Source: Chitinophagaceae bacterium (GTDB lineage: Bacteria > Bacteroidota > Bacteroidia > Chitinophagales > Chitinophagaceae). Taken from it: a stretch of DNA of 50,422 nucleotides. Each line of letters opens with the position of its first letter. The first letter of the stretch is position 1. The stretch covers positions 1 to 50,422 of the forward strand of contig DASULB010000445.1 of assembly GCA_036278455.1 (NCBI GenBank), read 5' to 3'. Below, one piece after another: positions 29,020-39,086 of the stretch. The notes under the pieces are model-generated. The model made no database searches and had not been told where the DNA came from. It saw only the letters and a program-made list of their open reading frames with translations. The translations under genes were made by a program, and so were the position numbers.

Positions 29020-29625
29020 TTACTTGGAATACAATTCCACGATCAATTGTTCTTTGATATTTTCAGGAACACTATCCCTCTCAGGATAGGCGATAAAGGT
29101 ACCTTTCAGATCTTTCTCACTCCAGTCAAGCCAGTTGAACTTTGGGTTCTTGCCTTTGATGGCGCTCGTGAAGGCGGTGTTTTTGGCAGCCTTGGGCTTC
29201 AGACTGATCATATCGCCCGGTTTCAGTTGAAAGGAGGGGATGTTCACCACCTGACCATTCACCGTAACATGTTTATGCGCCACCAGCTGGCGTGCTGCCG
29301 GCCGTGACGGAGCAATCCCCAGCCGAAAGACGGTATTGTCCAGGCGGGATTCCAATAATTTGATCAGGTTTTCGCCAGGCGCTCCTTTCAGACGGGAAGC
29401 ATCCACAAAAGTCTTGCTGAACTGACGCTCCAGCACACCATAAGTATATTTCGCCTTCTGCTTTTCACGCAGCTGAAGGGCATATTCACTGGGTTGTTTG
29501 CGCCGACGGTTTGGTCCGTGCTGGCCTGGAGGATTGCTGTTTTTTCCTAAATACTTTCCATTTCCCAATATGGGTTCCCCGAAAATCCGGGAAATACGGG
29601 TTTTAGGTCCGGTGTACCTTGCCAT
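29020..29625 (-). CDS. rpsD: 30S ribosomal protein S4 (uS4)
   Basis: MARYTGPKTRISRIFG..., 201 aa, in the conserved position. Confidence 0.97.
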   Translation of the reverse strand: MARYTGPKTRISRIFGEPILGNGKYLGKNSNPPGQHGPNRRRKQPSEYALQLREKQKAKYTYGVLERQFSKTFVDASRLKGAPGENLIKLLESRLDNTVFRLGIAPSRPAARQLVAHKHVTVNGQVVNIPSFQLKPGDMISLKPKAAKNTAFTSAIKGKNPKFNWLDWSEKDLKGTFIAYPERDSVPENIKEQLIVELYSK

Positions 29626-29653
29626 AATTTTTAACTTAGATTTTTTAGTTGCA

Positions 29654-29693
29654 GCATACGATTATTAAAAAATCTTAAAACGGAATCGTATGC
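29654..29693 (-). promoter_or_regulatory. Perfect 10-bp hairpin in the rpsK-rpsD spacer (candidate S4 leader element)
   Basis: GCATACGATT (29654-29663) pairs perfectly with AATCGTATGC (29684-29693), with a 20-nt loop. It lies 28 nt upstream of the rpsD ATG. Confidence 0.35.
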
Positions 29694-29747
29694 CCACAGT
29701 CATTAATAATATAATAGATCCGCTTTCAGCGCATCCGGTTACAGCCC

Positions 29748-30146
29748 TTATACCCTTCTGCGTTTGGGCGGGCGGCAGCCATTGTGCGGCAGCAGGGTAA
29801 CGTCCTTGATCATATTCACCTCGATACCGGAAGTAGCGATGGCCCGTATGGCGCTTTCGCGGCCTGAACCGGGACCCTTCACAAATACATCGGCACGTTT
29901 CATTCCAGCGTCAATGGCTTTTTTCGCCGCATCCTGCGCGGCGGTCTGAGCGGCGTAAGGGGTGTTCTTCTTGGAACCCCGGAAGCCCATCTTACCGGCG
30001 GAAGACCAGGATATCACCTGCCCCTGCTTGTTGGTAATGCTCACAATGATATTATTGAAGCTGGCCGTGATGCAAACATCACCGGAAGCATCCACTTTCA
30101 CCACCCTCTTGCGGGCGGCCGCTTTATTACTTGTTGGTTTCGCCAT
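29748..30146 (-). CDS. rpsK: 30S ribosomal protein S11 (uS11)
   Basis: 132 aa; ...[22 protein letters not shown]... is the S11 core. Confidence 0.97.
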   Translation of the reverse strand: MAKPTSNKAAARKRVVKVDASGDVCITASFNNIIVSITNKQGQVISWSSAGKMGFRGSKKNTPYAAQTAAQDAAKKAIDAGMKRADVFVKGPGSGRESAIRAIATSGIEVNMIKDVTLLPHNGCRPPKRRRV

Positions 30147-30230
30147 TTACTGTTAAGTTCTATGAATTTTCAAATGCTGAAGGTTATCCCGGAATCAACG
30201 AACCCGTCAAAAAGGATAAACAGCTGCGTC

Positions 30231-30611
30231 TTATTTTTTAGCCACTTTCTTTTTGCCGGCAACCGTCTTACGCTTGCCCTTCCGGGTACGTGAGTTGGTC
30301 CGTGTCCGTTGTCCCCTTACAGGCAGTCCTCTGCGGTGACGAAGACCACGGTAACAGGCGATGTCCAGCAAGTGCTTGATATTCATCTGCACCTCTGAAC
30401 GCAGGGCACCTTCTACCTTGATCTCATTGTTGATGAGATTACGGATAGCCGTCAGCTCCTCATCGTTCCATTCATTCACTTTCTTATTATAATCGATGCC
30501 TGCCTTATCAAGCAGGTAACGCGATGTAGAACGTCCTATCCCATAAATATAGGTCAGGCCTATTTCACCGCGTTTGTTTTTGGGAAGGTCTATTCCGGCT
30601 ATTCGTGCCAT
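30231..30611 (-). CDS. rpsM: 30S ribosomal protein S13 (uS13)
   Basis: [14 protein letters not shown]..., 126 aa. Confidence 0.97.
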   Translation of the reverse strand: MARIAGIDLPKNKRGEIGLTYIYGIGRSTSRYLLDKAGIDYNKKVNEWNDEELTAIRNLINNEIKVEGALRSEVQMNIKHLLDIACYRGLRHRRGLPVRGQRTRTNSRTRKGKRKTVAGKKKVAKK

Positions 30612-30667
30612 AAATACTTATTGATTATTTTATTACCTGTTATTTCATTTCCGTGCAGGACAAAAGA

Positions 30668-30784
30668 TCACCCCTGACGCTGCTTGAAGCGGGGATTCTT
30701 TTTATTGATCACATAAAGTACCCCTTTGCGACGTACGATCTTACAGTCGGTGCTGCGTTTCTTAATGGATGTCCTGACTTTCAT
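30668..30784 (-). CDS. rpmJ: 50S ribosomal protein L36 (bL36)
   Basis: Absent from the ORF track because it is under 60 aa. Hand translation from ATG 30784 gives [38 protein letters not shown] followed by a stop. Confidence 0.93.
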   Translation of the reverse strand: MKVRTSIKKRSTDCKIVRRKGVLYVINKKNPRFKQRQG

Positions 30785-30898
30785 GTACAAAGATTTCTTA
30801 AACTAAACTATTTTATTTCTGTTGCTATACGTTATCCGGTTACTTTACCACATACGCCTTTCCTTCCCCTTGCCACTGTCAATCCGTTATTTAGGTGG

Positions 30899-31117
30899 TT
30901 ATTTATACCGGTAAATGATCCGTCCCCTTGATAAATCGTAGGGACTCATTTCAACACTTACCTTATCGCCCGGCAGGATACGGATATAGTGCATCCTCAT
31001 CTTACCGGAAATGGTGGCCAGTATCTCATGACCATTTTCCAGCTTAACCCGAAACATCGCGTTGGATAAGGATTCCACAATTGTACCGTCTTGTTTTATT
31101 AGCGCCTGCTTAGCCAT
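30899..31117 (-). CDS. infA: Translation initiation factor IF-1
   Basis: [53 protein letters not shown]..., 72 aa from ATG 31117. The ORF track opens upstream at 31165. Confidence 0.95.
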   Translation of the reverse strand: MAKQALIKQDGTIVESLSNAMFRVKLENGHEILATISGKMRMHYIRILPGDKVSVEMSPYDLSRGRIIYRYK

Positions 31118-31133
31118 AAATTTTTTAGAAGTG

Positions 31134-31166
31134 CAAAGATACGACAATTCAGCCGAAATTGTCAAA
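31134..31166 (-). promoter_or_regulatory. Internal Bacteroidota promoter (TTTG-N21-TATCTTTG) in front of infA
   Basis: The minus strand reads gaaaTTTGacaatttcggctgaattgtcgTATCTTTGcac. The -7 box ends 17 nt before the infA ATG. Confidence 0.4.
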
Positions 31167-31200
31167 TTTCACTTTTTAATATCTGAACTTTTTTCCGGAC

Positions 31201-32004
31201 TCAATAATATCCGTCATTCAGGGATTTATTGGCCCTTTCCTGCAATTCTATTCCCTCAAAGGAAGAAAGCAGCTCGGCCTGGCCTTTCTTTACCAGCACT
31301 ACGTGCTCATAATGGGCCGAAGGCTTTCCGTCACGTGTCACAACGGTCCAGCCATCCTCCTGATAATTGACTTCTTTGGTGCCCATGTTGATCATGGGTT
31401 CGATGCAGATCACCAGTCCCTCCTTCATCATCTGCCCATGTCCCCTTCTGCCATAGTTGGGAACCTGCGGGTCTTCATGCAGGCTGCGGCCCAGTCCGTG
31501 GCCCACCAGATCCCTGACCACGCCGTAACCATGTTCCTTCTCAGCCAGCTGCTGGATGGCATTGGAAATATCACCAATCCGGTTGCCGGCAACCGCCTTT
31601 TCAACACCAAGGGCAAGGGATTGCTTGGTAATGCGCATCATCTCCAATATCTCCGGGGATATTTCTCCCAGGGCAAAGGTATAGGCGCTGTCACCATGAA
31701 AACCATTCATCAGCACCCCGCAGTCCACCGATACGACATCACCGTCTTTCAACTCGTACGCGCCGGGTATACCATGTACGACGGCGTCATTCACAGAGAT
31801 GCAGGTCGCGCACGGAAAACCGCGATAGCCTTTAAAGGAAGGCACGGCGCCGTGATCCAGCATGAAAGTCTCAATAAATTTATCCAGTTCAATGGTCGTC
31901 AGACCCGGCCTGAGGAATTTCGCTACTTCCGCCAGCGTCGAAGATACCATAAGCGCACTCTCGCGCATCAAGGCAATTTCTTCCTTCGTCTTATAATAGA
32001 TCAT
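31201..32004 (-). CDS. map: Type I methionine aminopeptidase
   Basis: 267 aa with the MetAP pita-bread fold motifs (VVHGIP, DGDVVSVD, HGLGRSLHE). Confidence 0.95.
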   Translation of the reverse strand: MIYYKTKEEIALMRESALMVSSTLAEVAKFLRPGLTTIELDKFIETFMLDHGAVPSFKGYRGFPCATCISVNDAVVHGIPGAYELKDGDVVSVDCGVLMNGFHGDSAYTFALGEISPEILEMMRITKQSLALGVEKAVAGNRIGDISNAIQQLAEKEHGYGVVRDLVGHGLGRSLHEDPQVPNYGRRGHGQMMKEGLVICIEPMINMGTKEVNYQEDGWTVVTRDGKPSAHYEHVVLVKKGQAELLSSFEGIELQERANKSLNDGYY

Positions 32005-32009
32005 GATTC

Positions 32010-33356
32010 TTATATGCTAGGCACTCCGGCTCCTGCAGAACGGCCAGTGATCCTGCCCTTGTTCATCAACCCGTCGTAATGGCGCATCAGCAGATGGCCT
32101 TCGATCTGTTGCAGGGTATCCAGGATCACACCCACGATAATCAGCATGGAAGTACCTCCAAAGAATACAGCAAATTGGGAGTTTATGTTCAACGCGCTGG
32201 CAAAACCGGGTAAGATACCGACAATAGCAAGTAAGAAAGCACCCGGCAGCATGATGCGGTCCATAATGGCCCCGATATAATTGGCGGTGGCCTTCCCTGG
32301 CTTGATGCCCGGGATGAAACCGTTGTTCCGTTTCATCTCGTCTGCCATCTGGGTGGGATTAAAGATCAGCGCAGTATAGAAATAGGTGAATATGATCACC
32401 ATCAGACCGTAAACAACATTATAGGGAACCGTGGTATAATCGCTCAGGGCCTGGATGATGTTCGCGATGGTGCCGCCGGGGGTGGCCAGGCTGGCGAAGG
32501 CCATCGGAATGAACATGACGGACTGGGCAAAGATGATCGGCATTACACCTGCCGCGTTGACCTTCAGGGGCAGGAACTGGCGGGCACCGCCCATCTGGCG
32601 GTTGCCGACAATGCGCTTGGCGTAATTGACCGGAACCTTCCTGGTCCCCTGTATTAACAGTACCAACCCGGTGATGACCGCGATCAGAAAGACGATTTCC
32701 AGCAAAAAGATCAACAGGCCGCCGCCGCCCATATTGGATTTGGCTTGCCACTCAAAGATCAGGGCATGGGGCAGCGAAGCGATGATTCCTATCTCAATGA
32801 TGATGGAAGTACCGTTGCCAATGCCTTTGTCAGTGATTTTTTCCCCCAGCCACATGACGAACAAACTGCCTGATGTCAGCACGATCACCGTGGAGATCCA
32901 GAAAAAGTAGCCGCCGAATTCAGGCAGGATGGCCTGCCCGGATTGTGTGCGCAGATAGGCCACATAAGCGGCCGCCTGCACAGCGGTTACAATCACTGTC
33001 AGGTAACGGGTGTATTGATTGATCTTACGCTGACCGCTCTCTCCCTCCTTTTGCAGTTTGGCAAAGGTGGGTACCGCAATGGTCAACAACTGCATGGCAA
33101 TCTGGGCGGAGATAAAGGGCATGATACCCAGGGCAAAAATGGACGCTCTGGAGAACGATCCTCCCGCGAACATGTTGAACAACCCCAACAGACCCGAGTT
33201 GCTGCTGTCCAGTGACAGCTTTACCGGGTCGATGCCCGGAAGAATGATAAATGATCCTATGCGATAAATGAAAATAAGACCCAGCGAATAAAGTATCCTT
33301 TTACGCAGGTCCTCGATACTCCAAATATTACGAATGGTTTCGATTATCTTCTTCAC
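32010..33356 (-). CDS. secY: Preprotein translocase subunit SecY
   Basis: 448 aa, a 10-TM pattern, in the conserved position after rplO. Confidence 0.97.
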   Translation of the reverse strand: MKKIIETIRNIWSIEDLRKRILYSLGLIFIYRIGSFIILPGIDPVKLSLDSSNSGLLGLFNMFAGGSFSRASIFALGIMPFISAQIAMQLLTIAVPTFAKLQKEGESGQRKINQYTRYLTVIVTAVQAAAYVAYLRTQSGQAILPEFGGYFFWISTVIVLTSGSLFVMWLGEKITDKGIGNGTSIIIEIGIIASLPHALIFEWQAKSNMGGGGLLIFLLEIVFLIAVITGLVLLIQGTRKVPVNYAKRIVGNRQMGGARQFLPLKVNAAGVMPIIFAQSVMFIPMAFASLATPGGTIANIIQALSDYTTVPYNVVYGLMVIIFTYFYTALIFNPTQMADEMKRNNGFIPGIKPGKATANYIGAIMDRIMLPGAFLLAIVGILPGFASALNINSQFAVFFGGTSMLIIVGVILDTLQQIEGHLLMRHYDGLMNKGRITGRSAGAGVPSI

Positions 33357-33404
33357 TGGAAGTATATTAACAGTTATTAACGGCGATAAACAGGAGTATC
33401 CCGC

Positions 33405-33851
33405 TTACACTAATTCAATTGTTCCGCCAGCGGCTTCTATGGCCTGTTTGGCTTTCTCACTCGCTGCATTCACCTTGAAATTGATCTTAGAGGTCAATTC
33501 CCCCTGCGCCAGTATCTTTACACGGTCGGTACGGCTGATCAGCCCGTTGATGTAAAGATTCTCTAAGCTAATCTCCGTCAGTTCGTATTTGGTGATCAGT
33601 TCATCCAATTGCCCCAGGTTAAATACCTGGTAGTTGATGCGATTGTTGTTCTTAAAACCACGTTTGGGCAACCGGCGCTGGATAGGCATCTGCCCACCCT
33701 CGAATCCCAGCTTGGTCTTATACCCGCTCCGGGACTGCTGTCCCTTGGTACCCTTGGTAGCGGTGCCTCCTTTTCCGGAGGCTTCACCCCGGCCCAGGCG
33801 CTTTGGTTTCTTTACCGCGCCCTTCGCAGGCTTTAACGTATGTAATTCCAT
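33405..33851 (-). CDS. rplO: 50S ribosomal protein L15 (uL15)
   Basis: 148 aa; LGRGEASGKGGTATKGTKGQ is the L15 N-terminal region. Confidence 0.95.
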   Translation of the reverse strand: MELHTLKPAKGAVKKPKRLGRGEASGKGGTATKGTKGQQSRSGYKTKLGFEGGQMPIQRRLPKRGFKNNNRINYQVFNLGQLDELITKYELTEISLENLYINGLISRTDRVKILAQGELTSKINFKVNAASEKAKQAIEAAGGTIELV

Positions 33852-33922
33852 AGTTGATTTTTTTGGCTCAACGCCTTCGCCCTTTTTTCTTTGGGGGAGC
33901 GAAAACTCGCAAGATACTTAAT

Positions 33923-34105
33923 TTATGATTGTTCTTCAACTTTAACCAGGTGATCCACTTTACGCACCATGCCCAGTACCTGGGGGGTCGCTTCCACCTC
34001 TTTGGTGGCATTCATTTTGGTCAGTCCGAGCGCCTTAAGGGTGCGTTTCTGTCTTTCGGGACGGTCTATTGCGCTTTTTACCTGTGTGATCTTAATCTTT
34101 GCCAT
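33923..34105 (-). CDS. rpmD: 50S ribosomal protein L30 (uL30)
   Basis: 60 aa; MAKIKITQVKSAIDRPERQKRTLKALGL. Confidence 0.93.
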   Translation of the reverse strand: MAKIKITQVKSAIDRPERQKRTLKALGLTKMNATKEVEATPQVLGMVRKVDHLVKVEEQS

Positions 34106-34157
34106 TTTTTAATAGTTTGCGGCTTACCCGGATCATCCCCGCGGTAAACTTTTCCAA

Positions 34158-34676
34158 TTATCCGTTAAACACTTTCTTCAGGGAGATGCTTCGCGTCCTG
34201 GCGACCTGTATGGGTTCACGCAGCTCGATCAACGCGTTAAAGGTCGCCTTCACCACGTTATGAGGATTAGCGGAACCCAGGGATTTCGCCAGTACATCGG
34301 TGATGCCTGCGCTCTCCAGCACTGCCCGCATAGTGCCTCCGGCAATTACACCGGTACCATGCGCTGCGGGTTTGATCAGCACCTTGGCGGCCCCTTCCTT
34401 CGCATACTGGTCATGAGGGATCGTCCCGTGCATGAGCGGTATCCGGATCAGGTTTTTCTTGGCATCGTCAATACCCTTGGCGATCGCTTCCTGTACTTCC
34501 TTGGCTTTGCCAAGACCGTGACCGACCGCTCCGTTCTCATCTCCCACGACAACCAGTGCGGAAAAACTAAAGGTACGGCCACCCTTGGTGGTCTTGGTCA
34601 CCCTGTTGATAGCTACCACTTTCTCTTTCAGTTCCAGGTCGCCGGCTTTGACTTTGTTGGCTGCTTGTTTTGCCAT
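34158..34676 (-). CDS. rpsE: 30S ribosomal protein S5 (uS5)
   Basis: 172 aa; [24 protein letters not shown]. Confidence 0.96.
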   Translation of the reverse strand: MAKQAANKVKAGDLELKEKVVAINRVTKTTKGGRTFSFSALVVVGDENGAVGHGLGKAKEVQEAIAKGIDDAKKNLIRIPLMHGTIPHDQYAKEGAAKVLIKPAAHGTGVIAGGTMRAVLESAGITDVLAKSLGSANPHNVVKATFNALIELREPIQVARTRSISLKKVFNG

Positions 34677-34721
34677 GAATTAAGGATTGTTAAATATATA
34701 AAAGTTCAAAAATCGATTTGT

Positions 34722-35075
34722 TTAAAACTGCAGGCCGCCTTCACGGGCGCCCTCGCTCAGTGATTTGACACGACCGTGGTAAAGATAGCCACTACGGTCG
34801 AACACGCATTTGGTCACACCGAGTGCCACCGCCTTCTTCGCCAGCTCCTGCCCTACCTGCCTGGAGGTCTCGACTTTGTTACCAGCGATCACCTTAAAGG
34901 CCTTATCCCTGGAAGAGGCTGCTACAATGGTCTGGCCATTCTCATCGTCAATAAGCTGCGCATAAATATCCCTGTTGCTGCGAAATACCGAAAGCCTCGG
35001 CTTGCCGGCGGTACCCGATACCTTGTTGCGGATACGGTAATGAATTTTCCTTCGGCGAATTGATTTCTTGTCCAT
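34722..35075 (-). CDS. rplR: 50S ribosomal protein L18 (uL18)
   Basis: 117 aa; [18 protein letters not shown]. Confidence 0.95.
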   Translation of the reverse strand: MDKKSIRRRKIHYRIRNKVSGTAGKPRLSVFRSNRDIYAQLIDDENGQTIVAASSRDKAFKVIAGNKVETSRQVGQELAKKAVALGVTKCVFDRSGYLYHGRVKSLSEGAREGGLQF

Positions 35076-35122
35076 TTTTTCCTTGTTTCATCCCGATGCT
35101 GCCGGGATTATTTTAATATGAT

Positions 35123-35677
35123 TTATTTACCAGCGGTCTTACCGGCCTTTCTTCTGACGATCTCATCGCTGTAGCGAACCCCCTTGCCCTGGTAAGGTTC
35201 GGGTTTGCGCAGACTGCGTATTTTAGAAGCCACCTGTCCCAGCAATTCCTTGTCGATACTGTCCAGGTAGATCGTGGGATTCTTCCCTTTGAGGGTTTCT
35301 GTCTTAATGCTGATCTCCGCGGGAACCTCCACCACAAAATTATGGGAAAAACCCAGGGAAAGATCCAGCAACTGTCCCTGATTGGTCGCCTTGTATCCCA
35401 CACCCACGAGTTCCAGCTTCTTGGAGAATCCTGCATTCACCCCGGTGACCATGTTTTGTATCAGCGCGCGATAAAGTCCGTGCAGGGACCTGTGACGGAT
35501 CTGGTCGGTCGGCCTGCTTACCACCAACTGACCATCCTTTACCTCTACTTTGATGTCCCGGTCAATGCTTCGCTTCAGTTCCCCCTTGGGGCCCTTGACC
35601 GTAACTTCATTGGAAGGGGAGACTGTTACCGTAACTCCTTTGGGAAGCGAAACCGGGTTTTTACCTATGCGTGACAT
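35123..35677 (-). CDS. rplF: 50S ribosomal protein L6 (uL6)
   Basis: 184 aa; MSRIGKNPVSLPKGVTV. Confidence 0.96.
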   Translation of the reverse strand: MSRIGKNPVSLPKGVTVTVSPSNEVTVKGPKGELKRSIDRDIKVEVKDGQLVVSRPTDQIRHRSLHGLYRALIQNMVTGVNAGFSKKLELVGVGYKATNQGQLLDLSLGFSHNFVVEVPAEISIKTETLKGKNPTIYLDSIDKELLGQVASKIRSLRKPEPYQGKGVRYSDEIVRRKAGKTAGK

Positions 35678-35762
35678 GATATAAAAATTCAGATTTTATT
35701 AAAATAAGCTACACTCACCAGTCAATATTCAACAACTAAATATTTAACCAGTCAATACTCAA

Positions 35763-36161
35763 CTAGTAAATATTGCAAAGTACTTCTCCGCCCACATGCT
35801 GTTGCTTGGCTTCCTTATCGGTCATCACACCTTTGGAAGTCGAGAGGATCGCGATACCCAGTCCGTTCTTCACACGCCTGAAATCCTCCGGCTTGGAATA
35901 TTGCCTGAGACCGGGCCGGCTCACCCTCTCCAATGCCTTGATGGCGGGTTGCCTGGACTGCGCGTCATACTTCAGCGCTATTTTGATGATGCCCTGCTTG
36001 CTGTCATCCTCGAACTTATATTTCAGGATATAGCCTTTTTCATACAGGATCTCCGTCATGCGTTTTTTCAGGTTGGACGCCGGTATCTCAACGATGCGGT
36101 GGCGGGCCATCTGGGCATTACGGATGCGGGTCAAGAAATCTGCTATGGGATCGGTTACCAT
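35763..36161 (-). CDS. rpsH: 30S ribosomal protein S8 (uS8)
   Basis: 132 aa; DPIADFLTRIRNA. Confidence 0.96.
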   Translation of the reverse strand: MVTDPIADFLTRIRNAQMARHRIVEIPASNLKKRMTEILYEKGYILKYKFEDDSKQGIIKIALKYDAQSRQPAIKALERVSRPGLRQYSKPEDFRRVKNGLGIAILSTSKGVMTDKEAKQQHVGGEVLCNIY

Positions 36162-36212
36162 AATGTATTACTGATTATTAGATTGACAATTTTATAAACA
36201 TTCACACCATAC

Positions 36213-36482
36213 CTACCAGGATGCTTTTCTGACACCCGGGATCTTGCCATGCAATGCCATTTCACGAAATTTAATACGCGAGATACCAAAGTACCGGATA
36301 TAGCCGCGCGGCCTTCCGGTCAGGGCACATCTGTTATGTAAACGCACGGGAGAGGCGTTTTTGGGCAGCTTATCCAGTGCTTCATAATCACCCGCCGCTT
36401 TCAGGGCTGCGCGTTTTTCCGCGTATTTTGCTACCATTGCTTCCCTTTTACGCTGCCTGGCTTTTACAGATTCTTTTGCCAT
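36213..36482 (-). CDS. rpsN: 30S ribosomal protein S14 (uS14)
   Basis: 89 aa; ends ...[17 protein letters not shown]. Confidence 0.95.
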   Translation of the reverse strand: MAKESVKARQRKREAMVAKYAEKRAALKAAGDYEALDKLPKNASPVRLHNRCALTGRPRGYIRYFGISRIKFREMALHGKIPGVRKASW

Positions 36483-36494
36483 ATATATTCTATT

Positions 36495-37076
36495 TTATGA
36501 TTGATCAGATTTTTTATTGTTGCGGAAGGGCATCCCCAATTCCTTTAATAATTCATAAGCTTCCTCGTTCGAGCCGGCGGAGGTCACAAAGGTGATATCC
36601 ATCCCGTTGATCTTACTCACCTTATCAATGTCGATTTCCGGGAAGATAATCTGCTCGGTGATGCCCAGCGTATAATTACCGCGGCCATCGAAGGCTTTCT
36701 CATTGACCCCTTTAAAATCCCGCACACGCGGCAGGGATACGGAGATCAGCCGGTCCAGGAACTCATACATCTTCACACCGCGGAGCGTCACCTTTGCGCC
36801 AATGGGCATGCCCTTGCGCAGCTTGAAGTTGGATATATCCTTTTTACTCATGGTGGCGACGGCCTGCTGTCCGGTAATGGATGTCATCTCGGTGACGGAG
36901 GCATCGATGAGTTTTTTGTCCGCAACGGCGCCGTTCACTCCCTGGTTCAGGCATATCTTCTGCAGCCGCGGAACCTGCATGACCGATTTGTAGTTGAATT
37001 TGGTCTTCAACGTGCCTACCACTTCATTTTTATACTTCTCCTGCAGTCTCGGTTTATATGTTGTTGTCTCTGCCAT
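36495..37076 (-). CDS. rplE: 50S ribosomal protein L5 (uL5)
   Basis: 193 aa. Its ATG overlaps the rplX stop by 1 nt (TGATG). Confidence 0.95.
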   Translation of the reverse strand: MAETTTYKPRLQEKYKNEVVGTLKTKFNYKSVMQVPRLQKICLNQGVNGAVADKKLIDASVTEMTSITGQQAVATMSKKDISNFKLRKGMPIGAKVTLRGVKMYEFLDRLISVSLPRVRDFKGVNEKAFDGRGNYTLGITEQIIFPEIDIDKVSKINGMDITFVTSAGSNEEAYELLKELGMPFRNNKKSDQS

Positions 37077-37411
37077 CAGATTACCTCCCCGGATTTTTTA
37101 GCGATACGAACGGATTTATTATTTTGTTTGCTGCGGCCGACACGGGTCGGGGCGCCTGCCTTGGCATCCCATAACATCACGTTGGACAGGTGTACCGGCG
37201 CTTCCTGCTTTACAATGCCCCCACGGGTATTCTGTGCGCTGGGCTTGGTATGCCGGGTACGGATGTTCACTCCTTCCACCAGCACCCTGCACGCTTCCGG
37301 AAGCACTTCCAGCACTTTGTGCGGATGGGTCAGGTTCTTGTCGTTTCCGGCAATTACCACCACCATATCTCCTTTTTTAATATAAAGTTTTGGCTCAAAT
37401 CTTGTCTTCAT
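37076..37411 (-). CDS. rplX: 50S ribosomal protein L24 (uL24)
   Basis: 111 aa with a KOW motif ([15 protein letters not shown]). Confidence 0.95.
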   Translation of the reverse strand: MKTRFEPKLYIKKGDMVVVIAGNDKNLTHPHKVLEVLPEACRVLVEGVNIRTRHTKPSAQNTRGGIVKQEAPVHLSNVMLWDAKAGAPTRVGRSKQNNKSVRIAKKSGEVI

Positions 37412-37549
37412 GGCTGTGATATTCTATTTATAACAGGGTGATTAATAAAAGCCCCTGCCTTGTTTGCTGTTTAAATTTCGGGGTGCAAAGATACTAATTT
37501 TTTGCTGATGACCCTTTCTGCGCCGCCGGCCGTCCCGGGCGGAATTTCC

Positions 37550-37918
37550 TTACAGTACCTCGGGTGCCAGGGAGACGATCTTCATGTATCCCTTATCACG
37601 AAGCTCACGGGCCACAGGGCCGAAAATGCGTGTTCCCCGCGGTTCGTCCGCATTGTTCAGCAACACCACGGCGTTGTCGTCAAAGCGAATGTATGAACCA
37701 TCCTTGCGACGTAATTTATTCTTGGTGCGGACAATGACCGCCTTGCTTACCGTCCCTCTTTTGATGCCCCCGGCGGGGATCGCGTCCTTGACGGTCACCA
37801 CGATCTTATCACCGATTTTCGCATAATCCTGACCGGAATTACCCAGTACACGGATACACAAAACTTCTTTTGCGCCACTATTATCGGCTACCCTTAACCT
37901 GGATTCTTGCTGGATCAT
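37550..37918 (-). CDS. rplN: 50S ribosomal protein L14 (uL14)
   Basis: 122 aa; [18 protein letters not shown]. Confidence 0.97.
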   Translation of the reverse strand: MIQQESRLRVADNSGAKEVLCIRVLGNSGQDYAKIGDKIVVTVKDAIPAGGIKRGTVSKAVIVRTKNKLRRKDGSYIRFDDNAVVLLNNADEPRGTRIFGPVARELRDKGYMKIVSLAPEVL

Positions 37919-38007
37919 TTTTATGAATGGTTAATGCTTTGAAAATCGAAATTGCTGCCGGTAACGGTGAATCATTTCAATTCCAAATGATAATTATAAA
38001 ATTTTTG

Positions 38008-38265
38008 TTACTTGGCCTTCTCAATAACTTCCACCAGTCTCCATCGCTTGTTTTTGCTCAGGGGGCGGGTTTCCATGATGCGCACCCGGTCACCGACCGT
38101 ACACTCGTTCTTCTCATCATGGGTCATGTACTTGGTCGACTTTTTTACAAACTTCCCATACAGAGGATGCTTCAGCCTGCGCTGAACCGTCACTAAAATG
38201 GTCTTGTCCATTCTATTGCCGGATACTACCCCTATCCTGGTCTTTCTTAAATTTCTATCCTCCAT
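38008..38265 (-). CDS. rpsQ: 30S ribosomal protein S17 (uS17)
   Basis: 85 aa; [18 protein letters not shown]. Confidence 0.95.
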   Translation of the reverse strand: MEDRNLRKTRIGVVSGNRMDKTILVTVQRRLKHPLYGKFVKKSTKYMTHDEKNECTVGDRVRIMETRPLSKNKRWRLVEVIEKAK

Positions 38266-38327
38266 ATCAGTTTTTTTTATGCCCCTTCCTCAGGGGAAAT
38301 CTTTATAGCTGTTTTTCCTGATCTCCC

Positions 38328-38561
38328 TCACTCCGTGGGAGCCGTTGCCTTGTGGGCCTCAGGATGCAATTGTCGTGAACGTTGTTCAGTTTTAAGCCGC
38401 GCAATTTCCTTGCGCAGCATGCGGATATCCAGTGGATTTTCCAGCGGGGACACCACATGGGTAAACCGCAGCTTTTTAAGTCTGAGTGCGCTTTCCGCTA
38501 TCCTGGATTCCAGGTCATGGTCGCTCAGGTTATTCAAATCCAGTTTTTCTACTTTCGCCAT
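38328..38561 (-). CDS. rpmC: 50S ribosomal protein L29 (uL29)
   Basis: 77 aa; L29 helical pattern, in the conserved position. Confidence 0.9.
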   Translation of the reverse strand: MAKVEKLDLNNLSDHDLESRIAESALRLKKLRFTHVVSPLENPLDIRMLRKEIARLKTEQRSRQLHPEAHKATAPTE

Positions 38562-38608
38562 TTCATGGTTTTTTAAAATTGGTAAGGTGCGTCCTTAATT
38601 TTTGGCCA

Positions 38609-39022
38609 TCATAAATCGTAACGCGCCACGAATTTCGTTCTGATCGGTAGTTTGGAAGCGGCCAGCTGCAGCGCCTGACGCGCCACATCCACAGGAACGC
38701 CATCGATCTCAAAAAGAATCCTGCCCGGTTTTACCACTGCAGCCCAATGATCGGGAGCCCCTTTACCTTTACCCATACGTACTTCGGCGGGTTTTTTGGT
38801 GATTGGCTTATCAGGAAAAATCCGAATCCACACGCTTCCTTCACGTTTCATATGACGGGTAAGTGCCACACGGGATGCTTCAATCTGGCGATCGGTGATC
38901 CATATCGGTTCCATGGCCTTTAGTCCGTAGGACCCAAAAGAAATGGAGCTTCCCCGCTGCGCATTCCCCCGGATACGTCCCTTCTGCACTTTCCGGTGTT
39001 TCGTCTTTTTCGGCTGTAACAT
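38609..39022 (-). CDS. rplP: 50S ribosomal protein L16 (uL16)
   Basis: 137 aa; [16 protein letters not shown]. Confidence 0.97.
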   Translation of the reverse strand: MLQPKKTKHRKVQKGRIRGNAQRGSSISFGSYGLKAMEPIWITDRQIEASRVALTRHMKREGSVWIRIFPDKPITKKPAEVRMGKGKGAPDHWAAVVKPGRILFEIDGVPVDVARQALQLAASKLPIRTKFVARYDL

Positions 39023-39086
39023 GATTTAAAATTTATCGCTTTCTCTGATGCTGTTTATTAAAATTTCAACTTCCTTCCGGTCGGGC

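Noticed and set aside
37974-38000. Exact 12-mer ATTTCAATTCCA, identical to the start of the CRISPR repeat, in the rpsQ-rplN spacer, with loose similarity over about 27 nt
   Set aside because: It is a single copy with no spacer periodicity. The similarity beyond the 12-mer needs gaps. A chance match of this length in AT-rich intergenic DNA is plausible in a 50-kb, two-strand search.
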